Shown: one piece after another, positions 49,329-60,181 of the stretch
Layout of the letters: each line of letters opens with the position of its first letter
Position numbering within the stretch: the stretch's first letter is position 1
Origin: Paracoccaceae bacterium
GTDB lineage: Bacteria > Pseudomonadota > Alphaproteobacteria > Rhodobacterales > Rhodobacteraceae
Reading direction: 5' to 3'
Length of the DNA stretch: 64,000 nucleotides
Assembly: GCA_016744015.1 (NCBI GenBank)
Contig: JADGFD010000005.1
Location: forward strand, 66,208 to 130,207
Notes under the pieces: generated by a model
Told to the model about the DNA's origin: nothing
What the model saw: the letters and a program-made list of their open reading frames with translations, nothing else
Database searches by the model: none
Position numbers and translations under genes: made by a program

Positions 49329-50927
49329 TTACTTAGTCACGTTCCAATAAGAAACAGCGGTAATCGCGCCGCCAAGGCTCAGGCCTTGCACGTTCTCGGC
49401 CCGTCCGGTTTGCTCAATCTTCTGGAACATCACCGCAAATGGCGAGGTTTGCTGGTGCTCGCGCTGGATGGCTTCATACATCGCAGCCCGGGCGTCACGG
49501 TCATTTTCAACCACAGCGGCCAGCGTGGCCTCACTCATTTCAGGAATGCTCCACGAGTTCCGCCAAGCCAGAAGGCCGGTAGCGCCTGCTTCGTCAGAGT
49601 TATCGGGGTTAAAGGCAAAGGTGCCGGCGTTGGTGTTTGGATCCGGATAATCCGGCCCCCACGCACCCACATAAATATCGTGCTCACGTGCCCGATAGAT
49701 GCCGAGAATTTGCTTGCCCGTGCCCACCTGAATGCTCACGGTGATACCAGCTTGCGCAAAGGTGTTCTGGATAGACTGCGCGATCTCGATGCGCTCTTGC
49801 GCTTCCCGCACCACAATGCCGATTTCAAAGCCGTCTGCATAGCCAGCTTCAGCCAGCAGCGCTTTGGCTTTTTCTACGTCGAGCGTAAATGGCGCATCAT
49901 CAATCTCACCTAAATAAGTGGCGGGGAGGAAGGCTTGGTGAATAGTGTATTGCCCATTCAGGAAGCCATTTTGCATGCCTTCATAGTCAATCAGATACTT
50001 GAGCGCCTCAATCACTTTTGGGTTGGCCAGAATTTCGTTCTTCTGGTTCATCGAAATATACATCAAGCGGCCACGAAGCTCGCTATCCACCGCAATGCCG
50101 TCCACAAGGGCAACCCCAGCCACATCTTCAGGGTTCAGGTTGCGCGCTACGTCAATGTCGCCATTTTCGAGCAGCAAGCGCTGGGTAGCACTTTCCTGAA
50201 TGTTACGCACAATAACACGCTGCATTTCTGGCGCACCACGGAAGAAATCGTTATTCGCCACCAGCGTAACCGATTCATCTGGCTTCCAGCTACCAAGCGT
50301 ATAAGCGCCCGAACCCGCAGCATTTGTGCGCAGCCATTCATTGGCAAGGTCGCCATCCACCTCATGCTCCATCGCGGTTTGGCTATCAATGATAGAGCCA
50401 ACCGTCGCGGTCAGGCAGTTGAGCACAAAGGATGTTGCGTAGCGCTTGTCTGTTGTGATCGAAATCGTGTTGCCGTCAGCCACAATAGTCTCAGCCACGT
50501 TTTCAGGGGTAAAGCCGAATTGTGACAAGATAAACGATGGCGTTTTATTCAGCGTAATCACGCGGCGGAGCGACCACTCAACGTCTTGCGCTGTTACCGC
50601 ATTGCCGCTTTCAAAGGTCACGCCCTCACGCATGGTGAAGGTGATGGTCTTGCCATCCTCCGAAACGTCCCAGCTATCAGCCAATGCCGGAATGTAGCCG
50701 CCGCTCAGGTTGGCAGGGTCAAAGCCCACCAGCTTGGAATACAGATTCCGGTTTACATCCGAGCCTGCAAACTCAAAAGACTGCGCTGGGTCAAGCGTGG
50801 TGATATCATCAATTCGATTGGCGATGATCAGCATGTTGTCGGGCGTGGCAGCGATTACCGGTGCAATGCTGACCCCGGCGGCCAAAATAACGGCTGAGCT
50901 GAATAGTGTTGAACGAAATGCGTTCAT
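49329..50927 (-). CDS. ABC transporter substrate-binding protein, family 5 (peptide/nickel)
   Basis: Signal peptide 'AVILAAGVSIAPVIAA'. SD AGGAGG before ATG 50927. Confidence 0.9.
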   Translation of the reverse strand: MNAFRSTLFSSAVILAAGVSIAPVIAATPDNMLIIANRIDDITTLDPAQSFEFAGSDVNRNLYSKLVGFDPANLSGGYIPALADSWDVSEDGKTITFTMREGVTFESGNAVTAQDVEWSLRRVITLNKTPSFILSQFGFTPENVAETIVADGNTISITTDKRYATSFVLNCLTATVGSIIDSQTAMEHEVDGDLANEWLRTNAAGSGAYTLGSWKPDESVTLVANNDFFRGAPEMQRVIVRNIQESATQRLLLENGDIDVARNLNPEDVAGVALVDGIAVDSELRGRLMYISMNQKNEILANPKVIEALKYLIDYEGMQNGFLNGQYTIHQAFLPATYLGEIDDAPFTLDVEKAKALLAEAGYADGFEIGIVVREAQERIEIAQSIQNTFAQAGITVSIQVGTGKQILGIYRAREHDIYVGAWGPDYPDPNTNAGTFAFNPDNSDEAGATGLLAWRNSWSIPEMSEATLAAVVENDRDARAAMYEAIQREHQQTSPFAVMFQKIEQTGRAENVQGLSLGGAITAVSYWNVTK

Positions 50928-51052
50928 AGTATCCTCCTGAAGGTTTTTCACGGGATTCTTGCTGAATCCCTTGGTGCCGACATTAACCCGCGCTTTGACC
51001 ATTTAGTCAAGCGCGGGATAGGCGATCACATACCGTAGTATTACGGTCAGGC

Positions 51053-51084
51053 ACAAAAAAGGGCCGGCAAAAACCGGCCCTTTG
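51053..51084 (-). terminator. intrinsic terminator for the porin-like gene
   Basis: GGGCCGG-CAAAAA-CCGGCCC followed by a T-run on the minus strand. Confidence 0.6.
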
Positions 51085-51105
51085 AATTGCATAGCTTAGA
51101 TAGGT

Positions 51106-51990
51106 TTAATCAAGCGTTGAGGTATAAACCGCCACTAGATTGTTAAACGAATTATCAATCATCGGCGTTGAGTTGGTGAAGGTATTCCGCAAGCTACCGC
51201 CGCCAAACACCATAGATATGCCCGCATAAAAGCGGCTCTCATTGCTTACATCGTCATTGCCGTTGTCTTCACTCGCATGTAAGCCTTCATAGCCTGCATT
51301 AGCATAAAAATTGCTCTGGCCAAGCCGCATAGTGCCTTCAAGACCATACACGGTAAGCGCCAATGGGTCGCTGTGAATGATGCCCAGGCCATGCCCAAGG
51401 CTACCAGTGATCATGAAATTGTCATTCAGGAAATAGTTGGCACGCACCTGCCCAAACAGTTCGTTGTTATAATCCAGTGCATTGTGGTCACTATCTGAGC
51501 TGGCAAAACCAAGCTGAGCGGCCAAGGCAATATTGCCAAACGTGCGCGCAGCTTCAATGCCATACCAGTTGCCCGGTCCGCCATCACTCCCATTTTCGTT
51601 ATATTGATAACCCGCGCCAGCAAAAGCACCAACTTTATAGCCGGCAAGATCGAAGTTAATGTGGGCTGTACCGCCATATGCACGGTAATAATCGGCCGAG
51701 TCGCTGCCAAGTTCGTAATTGGCATCAATCTGCCAACCCAAGCGACCGCCACCAATACCGCCACCCAATGATGCCTCTATGCCATAATAGCTGTAGGTTG
51801 GGTCATCATAGTCACAGCAGTTTTCATCTGCGACCGACGCGCCACCATAATAACCTGTTACATAGCCGCCAAAAGTGCTGGCAGCTGGTGCCATCACCGC
51901 AGTGCTAACAGGGGAAACATCATCAAACGAACCAGCCAACGCCGGGGCGGCAAAAGCCGAGGTGATCAAAAGTATAGAAATCGTTTTCAT
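51106..51990 (-). CDS. outer-membrane porin-like beta-barrel protein
   Basis: Signal peptide, Gly/Tyr-rich amphipathic strands and a C-terminal aromatic residue. Confidence 0.6.
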   Translation of the reverse strand: MKTISILLITSAFAAPALAGSFDDVSPVSTAVMAPAASTFGGYVTGYYGGASVADENCCDYDDPTYSYYGIEASLGGGIGGGRLGWQIDANYELGSDSADYYRAYGGTAHINFDLAGYKVGAFAGAGYQYNENGSDGGPGNWYGIEAARTFGNIALAAQLGFASSDSDHNALDYNNELFGQVRANYFLNDNFMITGSLGHGLGIIHSDPLALTVYGLEGTMRLGQSNFYANAGYEGLHASEDNGNDDVSNESRFYAGISMVFGGGSLRNTFTNSTPMIDNSFNNLVAVYTSTLD

Positions 51991-52103
51991 AGTTTACTCC
52001 AAAATAATTATACAAAATATGAGCCCAAATCCGACTCACACAATTAACTTGTTGCTAATGCCACAAAAGATTAACAATAACAATCTTAGATTTAGTCGCG
52101 CTC

Positions 52104-53153
52104 CTACAATTTCCATGTGCGCTCCAGCAACGCCAGCCAGTTCCGGTAGCAAAGCTTTTCCATAAGCGCCTCGTCATAGCCATGTGCCACCATTGCGGCG
52201 CGCAGGTTTGGCAAGCCAGAAATATCACCGATCGCCTCAGGCACCATCGCCCCATCAAAATCCGAGCCGAGGCCCACATGGTCTTCCCCCGCCAGTTTAA
52301 TCATATGATCAAGGTGGCGCAGCATGGTTTCCAGTGCAACTTCCGCCTTCATCTGCCCATCAGGGCGCAAAAATCCGGTGGCAAAGTTCAGCCCCACCAT
52401 ACCGCCACTTTGGCCGATGGTGCGGAACTGGTCATCGGTCAGGTTACGGGCATGGGGGCATATTTCATAGGCGTTGGAGTGCGTTGCCACAATCGGGGCA
52501 TCGCTGGTTTCCACCACATCCCAAAACCCTTTTTCATTGAGATGGGACATATCAAGCATAATCCCGAGCGCATTGCATTCGCGCACAAGGTCAAAGCCCG
52601 CAGGGCTAAGGCCGGGCCCGGTATCGCCAGTTGACGGGTAGCGAAACGGCACCCCCTCGGCAAAAATCGTCGGCCGAGACCACACCAGCCCAAGTGAGCG
52701 CAGCCCCGCGCGGTAAAGCACATGCAGTGCATCGAGATCACGGTCTATCGGCTCCGCGCCTTCCATATGCATAATCGCCGCCATGGTGCCGCTTTGCATG
52801 GTTTTGGCGATATCCGCCACACTCGTACAAATCTTCAGCGCGCCGTCGCTTTCAAGATCTGCCAGCATCCGCGCCTGCTTCATAGCCACGCCCAGCGCAA
52901 AGCCTTGGTCAACGGCGGATGGCCTTGGGATATCATATTCAGGCTGCATCATTTGCTCAAAAATGCCGTCTTCATCCATCGGGCTAGGCACCCAAATGGC
53001 AAAAAACCCGCCGCCAAAGCCGCCTGCCTTGGCTTTTGGCACATCTATATGGTGCTCGTTTCCGGTGCTAAACGCACTGCGCGCCGCCCGCCCGCCTTCA
53101 AATTGCTTAAGCAGCGCATCATTATGGCCATCAAAAATTAGCGGTGTGTTCAT
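52104..53153 (-). CDS. membrane dipeptidase (peptidase M19 family)
   Basis: 'FDGHNDALLK', 'HLNEKGFWDV', 'GLGSDFDG'. Confidence 0.85.
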   Translation of the reverse strand: MNTPLIFDGHNDALLKQFEGGRAARSAFSTGNEHHIDVPKAKAGGFGGGFFAIWVPSPMDEDGIFEQMMQPEYDIPRPSAVDQGFALGVAMKQARMLADLESDGALKICTSVADIAKTMQSGTMAAIMHMEGAEPIDRDLDALHVLYRAGLRSLGLVWSRPTIFAEGVPFRYPSTGDTGPGLSPAGFDLVRECNALGIMLDMSHLNEKGFWDVVETSDAPIVATHSNAYEICPHARNLTDDQFRTIGQSGGMVGLNFATGFLRPDGQMKAEVALETMLRHLDHMIKLAGEDHVGLGSDFDGAMVPEAIGDISGLPNLRAAMVAHGYDEALMEKLCYRNWLALLERTWKL

Positions 53154-54076
53154 GGTGCGTCCGGCAAATATTGCCCCTCCAGCTTAGTCAGAAATTCGGC
53201 AAAGGCTTTGGCCACGGGTGGCAGCGCTCGCCCTGCCCGCCGGATTAAAAACCAGTGGCGCACAATCGGCAAGCCCTCAAATTCCAGTTTAACAAGCCGC
53301 CCGCTTTCCAGCTCGGCGCTCACCGCCTGCGCCGAAATAAACGCCAGCCCCAGCCCCGCAATCGCCGATTGTTTGATGGTCTCGTTACTCTCGATCACCA
53401 TGGTTTTATATTCCCGCCCCTCACCGATTCTATCCAAGAATCGCTGCATAAGAATGCGGGTTCCCGAGCCGCGCTCACGGGAAAGAAAGGTCTCTGCCAG
53501 CAATTCATCGGGCGAAATGTCGCGCTTACCCGCTAGCGGGTGGCCTTTCGGCGCGACCAAAACGTGGGGATTATCCCCAAGCACGTCCGCCTCTACCGGC
53601 GGGTTTCGCGGTGGCCGCCCCATGATCGCAAGGTCAATTTTCTTGTCACCCAGCGCCTCAATTATCTCCGCCCGATTGCCCACAAACAAGCTTATTTCCA
53701 CATCAGGTAGCCCCTTTTGCGCGGCCACCACAATGCGCGGCGCAAAGTATTTTGCCGTACTCACCACCCCCAAAGTCAGGTGGCCCACCTTCCCCGTTTT
53801 AAGAGCATTAATATTATTATAACAGGTGGTTAACGAGTTCTCGATTTGCCTCGTGGTTGCCAGAACCACCTCCCCGCTTTGGGTCAGCACCGTTTTTCCA
53901 TCCGGCCCGCGATGCACCATCTGCACCCCGAAATTGCTCTCCAGCAACTTAAGCTGGGTCGAGACCGCAGGCGCGGTTACATTCAGCAGCTCAGCTGCCG
54001 CCGTCAGGTTTCCGGCTTTCACAATCGCGGCCAACGCGCGCAATTGCTTTAGGGTTATGGCGTTTTGCTGTGTCAT
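53150..54076 (-). CDS. cbbR: LysR-family regulator, CbbR-like (divergent from cbbF)
   Basis: HTH 'LKQLRALAAIVKAGNLTAAAELLNVTAPAVSTQLKLLE'. Its stop overlaps the dipeptidase start (ATGA). Confidence 0.75.
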   Translation of the reverse strand: MTQQNAITLKQLRALAAIVKAGNLTAAAELLNVTAPAVSTQLKLLESNFGVQMVHRGPDGKTVLTQSGEVVLATTRQIENSLTTCYNNINALKTGKVGHLTLGVVSTAKYFAPRIVVAAQKGLPDVEISLFVGNRAEIIEALGDKKIDLAIMGRPPRNPPVEADVLGDNPHVLVAPKGHPLAGKRDISPDELLAETFLSRERGSGTRILMQRFLDRIGEGREYKTMVIESNETIKQSAIAGLGLAFISAQAVSAELESGRLVKLEFEGLPIVRHWFLIRRAGRALPPVAKAFAEFLTKLEGQYLPDAP

Positions 54077-54178
54077 AGTTTTTCTTAACACATAAAAGAT
54101 TTTTTTTAGTTTTATTTTACTCACAACCTGTCATGCATCACACATTCACTTTTTCGCAACCAACGGGAAACAGCGTTT

Positions 54179-55189
54179 ATGACCTCAGACACCAACCTGA
54201 GCGGCTTTCTTTCAGATAAGCCCAAAGACCTAAGCGAGGCCATTCTTGCGGTGGCAAAAGTCGGTAAGGACCTTGCCGCCCTCATCTCACGTGGTGCCCT
54301 TGGTGGCGAATTAGGCGGAGCCGTGGGCGAAAATATGGGCGGTGACCAACAAAAAGCGTTGGATGTTATGGCCGATGATGTTTTTGCCGCCGCACTCACC
54401 AAAACCCAAGTAAAATATTACGCCTCGGAAGAGCAGGACGAGGTGATTACGCTTAATCCAAACGGCCACCTAGCCCTCGCGATTGACCCGCTGGATGGGT
54501 CCTCCAATATCGACGTTAACGTTTCCATCGGCACGATTTTTTCGATTTTTGAGGCGAATGAGGGCGCAAATGAAAGCTTCCTGCGCCCGGGCAAAGAGCA
54601 GATCGCGGCTGGCTACATTATTTTTGGCCCGCAAACCGGCATTATGCTCACCTTAGGTGATGGCACAGCGATGTTTATTCTCGACCATGAAAATGGCGAA
54701 TATATGCTGGTGAATCCGCGCGTAAACATCGTGCCTGATGCCATTGAATACGCCATTAACGCCTCGAATTATCGCCACTGGGCCACGCCCATTCGTGCTT
54801 ATATTGATGATATGATCGAAGGTGCCGACGGCATTCACGAGCGCAATTTCAACATGCGATGGGTGGCGAGCCTGATCGCCGAAACCCACCGCATTATCTC
54901 GCGCGGGGGCATCTTCCTTTATCCGGGTGACAACCGCGACGGCTACAAAATGGGTCGCCTCCGCATGGTTTATGAAGGCGCGCCCGTGGCCTTTGTGGTT
55001 GAGCAAGCAGGCGGCATGGCCACCGATGGCAAAGACCGTATTTTAGACCAAACCCCAACCGAGCTGCACGGCCGCACCCCGCTGGTATTTGGCTCCAAAA
55101 ACAAAGTAACCCGCGTGGTCGCCTATCACGACCTTCCAGAAACCGAAATGTCGCCGCTATTTAAAAAGCGCGGCCTGTTTAACGCTTAA
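54179..55189 (+). CDS. cbbF: fructose-1,6-bisphosphatase class 1
   Basis: 'DPLDGSSNIDVNVSIGTIF' and 'GGIFLYPGD'. Confidence 0.9.
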   Translation: MTSDTNLSGFLSDKPKDLSEAILAVAKVGKDLAALISRGALGGELGGAVGENMGGDQQKALDVMADDVFAAALTKTQVKYYASEEQDEVITLNPNGHLALAIDPLDGSSNIDVNVSIGTIFSIFEANEGANESFLRPGKEQIAAGYIIFGPQTGIMLTLGDGTAMFILDHENGEYMLVNPRVNIVPDAIEYAINASNYRHWATPIRAYIDDMIEGADGIHERNFNMRWVASLIAETHRIISRGGIFLYPGDNRDGYKMGRLRMVYEGAPVAFVVEQAGGMATDGKDRILDQTPTELHGRTPLVFGSKNKVTRVVAYHDLPETEMSPLFKKRGLFNA

Positions 55190-55200
55190 GGATCAAGAAA

Positions 55201-56073
55201 ATGAGCACCAAGCACCCGATCATCTCTGTTACTGGCTCTTCCGGCGCAGGCACATCGACGGTTAAAAACACCTTTGACCAAATCTTCCGCCGCGAGGGCC
55301 TAAAAGCCGTGAGCATTGAGGGCGACGCCTTTCACGCCTTTGACCGCGCCACCATGAAGGTTGAATTTGAAAAGCGTATCGCCGCGGGCGACCACTCTTT
55401 CAGCCACTTCTCCTATGAAGCCAACGAGCTGGCCGAGCTAGAGCGCGTATTCCGCGAATATGGCGAAACCGGCGGCGGTAAAACCCGCCACTATGTGCAT
55501 AATGACGAAGAAGGCAAAGCGCTGGGCGCGGCCTCTGGCACCTTCACCGACTGGGCCGATTTTGAATCTGGCACAGATATGTTGTTTTACGAGGGCCTGC
55601 ACGGCGCTGTAAGAAACGACGAAGTGGACTTGCCGAAATATGCTGACCTGAAAGTCGGCGTCGTGCCGGTCATTAACCTAGAGTGGATCCAGAAAATTCA
55701 CCGCGACCGTAACCAGCGCGGCTATTCTACCGAGGCCGTGACCGACGTAATTTTGCGCCGGATGGATGCCTATGTTAAATGCATCACCCCGCAATTCAGC
55801 CAAACCGATATCAACTTTCAGCGCGTGCCGGTGGTCGACACCTCAAACCCGTTCATCGCCCGCAGCATTCCTACGCCGGATGAGAGCCTTGTGGTGATCC
55901 GCTTCAAAGACCCGCACGGGATTGATTTCCCATACCTGACCAACATGATTGAGGGCAGCTGGATGAGCCGCGCTAACTCTATCGTGGTGCCCGGTGGGAA
56001 AATGGACCTCGCCATGCAACTCATCCTCACCCCGCTGATCCTGCGGCTGGCCGATAACGCGAAAAGGGCTTAA
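55201..56073 (+). CDS. prk: phosphoribulokinase
   Basis: 'IISVTGSSGAGTSTV' and 'EGLHG'. Confidence 0.9.
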   Translation: MSTKHPIISVTGSSGAGTSTVKNTFDQIFRREGLKAVSIEGDAFHAFDRATMKVEFEKRIAAGDHSFSHFSYEANELAELERVFREYGETGGGKTRHYVHNDEEGKALGAASGTFTDWADFESGTDMLFYEGLHGAVRNDEVDLPKYADLKVGVVPVINLEWIQKIHRDRNQRGYSTEAVTDVILRRMDAYVKCITPQFSQTDINFQRVPVVDTSNPFIARSIPTPDESLVVIRFKDPHGIDFPYLTNMIEGSWMSRANSIVVPGGKMDLAMQLILTPLILRLADNAKRA

Positions 56074-56076
56074 ATT

Positions 56077-58041
56077 ATGGAAAACAATATGGCAAACGCC
56101 ATCCGTGCGCTCAGCATGGATGGCATTCAAAAAGCAAATTCCGGCCACCCCGGCATGCCCATGGGCATGGCCGATGTCGCCACGGTGCTTTTTAACCGTT
56201 TCATGAAAATCGACCCGGCCAACCCTGATTGGGCCGACCGTGACCGCTTCGTTTTGTCCGCTGGCCACGGCTCCATGCTGCTTTATGCCATCCACCACCT
56301 GCTTGGTTATGATGACATGCCGATGTCAGAAATCGAGAATTTCCGCCAGATGGGTGCCCGCACCGCTGGCCACCCCGAATATGGCCACGCCAAAGGTATT
56401 GAAACCACCACGGGCCCGCTGGGCTCCGGCATTGCCACCGCTGTGGGCATGGCGCTCGCTGAGCGCATGCAAAACGCGCGCTTTGGAGATGATCTGGTAG
56501 ACCACAACACCTACGTAATTGTGGGTGACGGCTGCCTTATGGAAGGCATTAGCCATGAAGCGATTGATTTTGCAGGCAACTTGGGCTTGGGCAAAATGAT
56601 CGTACTGTGGGATGATAACTCGATCTGTATTGACGGCGACACGTCGCTTTCCACCGGCACTGACCAAGTGGCGCGCTTTGCGGCCAGTAAATGGCACACT
56701 ATTGCCGTGGACGGCCACGATAAAGACGCCGTTGCTGCCGCGATCGAGGTGGCAAAAGCCGACCCGCGCCCAAGCTTCATTGCTTGCAAAACCATCATCG
56801 GTTTTGGCGCCCCCAACAAGCAAGGCACCGCCTCTACCCACGGCGCGCCGCTGGGAGAGAACGAAATCGCAGCCACCCGCGAGGTGCTCGGCTGGCCTCA
56901 TGCGCCCTTCAGCATCCCTGCGGATGTGAAGGCCAACTGGGAAGCCATCGCCACTAAAGGCAACAAAGCGCAAGCTTCGTGGGCCGCGCGCTTGCAAGAC
57001 TCGCCCGACGCGAAGACGTTCCGCGCGGCCATGGCGGGGCCTGATTTGGCCGCGCTGAATACAGCGCTGACCGCGTATCGCAAAACCCTCAGCGCAGATG
57101 CCCCCAAGGTCGCTACCCGTAAAGCCAGCCAAATGGCGCTTGAGGTTATCAACGTCACCACCGACACCACCATCGGCGGCTCGGCTGATCTCACCGGCTC
57201 CAATCTGACCAAAACCACCACCACCGATCCCGTTTCGGCGGATGATTTCTCTGGTCGTTACATTTATTACGGTGTGCGCGAGCACGGCATGGCGGCCGCT
57301 ATGAATGGCCTCGCCTTGCATGGTGGCTTTGTGCCCTATGGCGGCACCTTCTTGGTGTTTGCCGATTATATGCGCGGTGCCATGCGCCTTTCGGCCCTTA
57401 TGGGCAAGCGTGTGATCTATGTGCTTACACATGACAGCATCGGCCTTGGCGAAGATGGCCCAACCCACCAGCCGGTGGAAACCATCGCCTCCCTTCGCGC
57501 CATTCCCAACCTCAATGTGTATCGTCCCGCAGATGCGGTTGAGACGGCCGAGGCTTGGGAACTGGCTCTGGCGGACGAGGGCACACCCTCCGTGCTCTGC
57601 CTATCTCGCCAGGGCCTACCAACTTTGCGCACCGCGCATACTGATGAGCTGCAAAGCTCTAAAGGTGCTTACGTGCTTCGCGAAGCCGAGGGCGACCGTG
57701 ATCTCACCCTCATCGCCACCGGTTCCGAAGTTGAAACTGCCATGAAGGCCGCTGACAAGCTGGCCGAAAAAGGTGTAAAAACCGCCGTGATTTCCGCCCC
57801 GTGTTTCGAGCGTTTCAAAGCCCAACCCGCCGCCTACCGCGCCACTGTGCTCGGCAATGCGCCGCGCGTTGGCGTTGAGGCCGCCATCCAGCAAAGCTGG
57901 GGGGGCTTGCTTGGCGACAATTCTGCCTTTATTGGCATGAGTAGCTTTGGCGCTTCGGCACCGGCAGACGAGCTATACGAACATTTTGGCATCACCGCGC
58001 AGGCGGTGGTAGACGCCGCAACCAGACTTATCAACGCATAG
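56077..58041 (+). CDS. tkt: transketolase
   Basis: '[28 protein letters not shown]' and the ThDP motif 'GDGCLMEG'. Confidence 0.95.
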   Translation: MENNMANAIRALSMDGIQKANSGHPGMPMGMADVATVLFNRFMKIDPANPDWADRDRFVLSAGHGSMLLYAIHHLLGYDDMPMSEIENFRQMGARTAGHPEYGHAKGIETTTGPLGSGIATAVGMALAERMQNARFGDDLVDHNTYVIVGDGCLMEGISHEAIDFAGNLGLGKMIVLWDDNSICIDGDTSLSTGTDQVARFAASKWHTIAVDGHDKDAVAAAIEVAKADPRPSFIACKTIIGFGAPNKQGTASTHGAPLGENEIAATREVLGWPHAPFSIPADVKANWEAIATKGNKAQASWAARLQDSPDAKTFRAAMAGPDLAALNTALTAYRKTLSADAPKVATRKASQMALEVINVTTDTTIGGSADLTGSNLTKTTTTDPVSADDFSGRYIYYGVREHGMAAAMNGLALHGGFVPYGGTFLVFADYMRGAMRLSALMGKRVIYVLTHDSIGLGEDGPTHQPVETIASLRAIPNLNVYRPADAVETAEAWELALADEGTPSVLCLSRQGLPTLRTAHTDELQSSKGAYVLREAEGDRDLTLIATGSEVETAMKAADKLAEKGVKTAVISAPCFERFKAQPAAYRATVLGNAPRVGVEAAIQQSWGGLLGDNSAFIGMSSFGASAPADELYEHFGITAQAVVDAATRLINA

Positions 58042-58054
58042 AGGGAATTCTCAC

Positions 58055-59053
58055 ATGACTGTAAAAGTAGCCATCAACGGCTTTGGCCGCATCGGCCGTA
58101 ACGTGCTCCGCGCCATCATAGAATCTGGCCGGACAGACATTGAAGTTGTTGCCATCAACGACCTTGGTTCGGTTGAATATAATGCCCACCTTCTGCAATT
58201 TGATAGCGTGCACGGCAAATTCTCTGCCGATGTGAAAGTTGACGGTGATACGATCAACGTTGGCACCGGCCCTATTAAAGTCACCGCCATCCGCAACCCT
58301 GACGAGCTGCCATGGGCTGGCGTAGACATCGCCATGGAATGCACAGGTTTCTTTACCGCCAGGGACAAGGCCGCGCTTCACCTCAAAAACGGCTCCAAAA
58401 AAGTGCTTATTTCGGCACCCGGCGCCAATGCTGACAAAACCATCGTTTATGGTGTGAATGATGACACGCTAACAGCCGACGACATTATCGTGTCTAACGC
58501 CTCTTGCACCACCAACTGCCTATCCCCCGTGGCCTATGTTCTGGACAACCTTGTGGGCATAAAAAGCGGTTTCATGACCACGGTGCACTCTTACACCGGT
58601 GACCAGCCAACGCTCGACACCATGCATAGCGACCTTTACCGCGCGCGCGGTGCGGCCCTTAACATGATCCCGACCTCCACCGGCGCGGCCAAGGCTGTTG
58701 GCCTTGTATTGCCCCAGCTTGACGGCAAGCTTGATGGTGTTTCCATCCGCGTGCCTACGCCAAATGTTTCGGTGGTTGACCTGTGCTTCCTGCCAAAACG
58801 CGCCACAAGTGTTGACGAAATCAACGACGCCATTCGCGCCGCTGCTGATGGCCCGCTGAAAGGCGTGCTGGGCTATACGGACCTCAAAAACGTGTCGTCT
58901 GACTTCAACCACGACCCACATTCCTCAATTTTCCACACCGACCAAACCAAGGTTATGGAAGACGGCATTGTGCGGATTTTGACATGGTATGACAACGAGT
59001 GGGGCTTCTCTAACCGGATGGCCGATACCGCGGTTGCCATGAGCAAACTCTAA
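58055..59053 (+). CDS. gap: glyceraldehyde-3-phosphate dehydrogenase
   Basis: 'VAINGFGRIGR' and 'ASCTTNCL'. Confidence 0.95.
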   Translation: MTVKVAINGFGRIGRNVLRAIIESGRTDIEVVAINDLGSVEYNAHLLQFDSVHGKFSADVKVDGDTINVGTGPIKVTAIRNPDELPWAGVDIAMECTGFFTARDKAALHLKNGSKKVLISAPGANADKTIVYGVNDDTLTADDIIVSNASCTTNCLSPVAYVLDNLVGIKSGFMTTVHSYTGDQPTLDTMHSDLYRARGAALNMIPTSTGAAKAVGLVLPQLDGKLDGVSIRVPTPNVSVVDLCFLPKRATSVDEINDAIRAAADGPLKGVLGYTDLKNVSSDFNHDPHSSIFHTDQTKVMEDGIVRILTWYDNEWGFSNRMADTAVAMSKL

Positions 59054-59104
59054 AACCAATCGGGTGGCCGCCATGGCCACCCTCCCCCTTCAGGAGAAGA
59101 TAAA

Positions 59105-60154
59105 ATGGCCCTTATTACCCTTCGCCAATTGCTGGACCACGCCGCCGAAAATGATTACGGTATGCCAGCGTTTAACATTAACAACATGGAGCAAGGCCTT
59201 GCAATCATGCGCGGCGCGGAAAAAACTAATTCGCCCGTGATCCTGCAAGCCTCACGCGGTGCGCGTTCTTATGCGGGCGACATTATGCTCCGGCATATGA
59301 TTCAGGCGCTGGCTGAGATGTATCCGGATATTCCGATCTGTATGCACCAAGACCACGGCAATAATGAGCAGACCTGTATGTCTGCCATCAAATACGGCTT
59401 CACCTCGGTGATGATGGATGGCTCGCTGAAAGCCGACATGAAAACACCGGCTGATTTTGCTTATAATGTTGACATCTCCGAGCGGGTTGCGCGCTTTTCG
59501 CATTGGGTTGGGGCGAGTGTTGAGGGGGAACTTGGGGTTCTTGGCTCACTCGAAACCGGCATGGCGGCTGAGGAAGACGGCTCTGGTGCGTCTGGCAAGC
59601 TGAGCATGGAGCAACTGCTGACAGACCCTGGCGAGGCGGCTGATTTTGTAGCCAAAACCAAGGTAGACGCGCTGGCAATTGCCTGTGGCACCTCCCACGG
59701 CGCCTACAAGTTCACCAGCAAGCCTACGGGTGATTCACTGGCGATGGAGCGGATCGAGGCCATCCACGCCAAAATTCCGAATGTTCACTTGGTTATGCAC
59801 GGCTCATCAAGCGTGCCGCAATATCTGCAAGACCTTATCAACGAAAACGGTGGCGACATGGCGCAGACCTACGGTGTGCCGGTTGAGGAAATCGAGCGCG
59901 GCATCAAATCCGGCGTGCGCAAGGTGAATATTGATACCGATAACCGCATGGCGCTCACAGGCACCTTCCGCAAGGTTGCCAAGGAGAGCCCGTCCGAGTT
60001 TGACCCGCGCAAATTCATGATCCCGGCGATGGCCGCTATGGAAGAGCTTGTGGTGGACCGTTTTGAGCGCTTTGGCGCGGCGGGCAATGCTGGCAAGATC
60101 AAGGTTATCCCGCTGGATGACATGGCCAAGCGCTATGCTGACGGCTCGCTTTAA
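59105..60154 (+). CDS. cbbA: fructose-bisphosphate aldolase class II (CbbA-type)
   Basis: '[10 protein letters not shown]' and 'HQDHG'. Confidence 0.9.
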   Translation: MALITLRQLLDHAAENDYGMPAFNINNMEQGLAIMRGAEKTNSPVILQASRGARSYAGDIMLRHMIQALAEMYPDIPICMHQDHGNNEQTCMSAIKYGFTSVMMDGSLKADMKTPADFAYNVDISERVARFSHWVGASVEGELGVLGSLETGMAAEEDGSGASGKLSMEQLLTDPGEAADFVAKTKVDALAIACGTSHGAYKFTSKPTGDSLAMERIEAIHAKIPNVHLVMHGSSSVPQYLQDLINENGGDMAQTYGVPVEEIERGIKSGVRKVNIDTDNRMALTGTFRKVAKESPSEFDPRKFMIPAMAAMEELVVDRFERFGAAGNAGKIKVIPLDDMAKRYADGSL

Positions 60155-60181
60155 AGGCGAACACTAAGGAAGGGAGGGGAC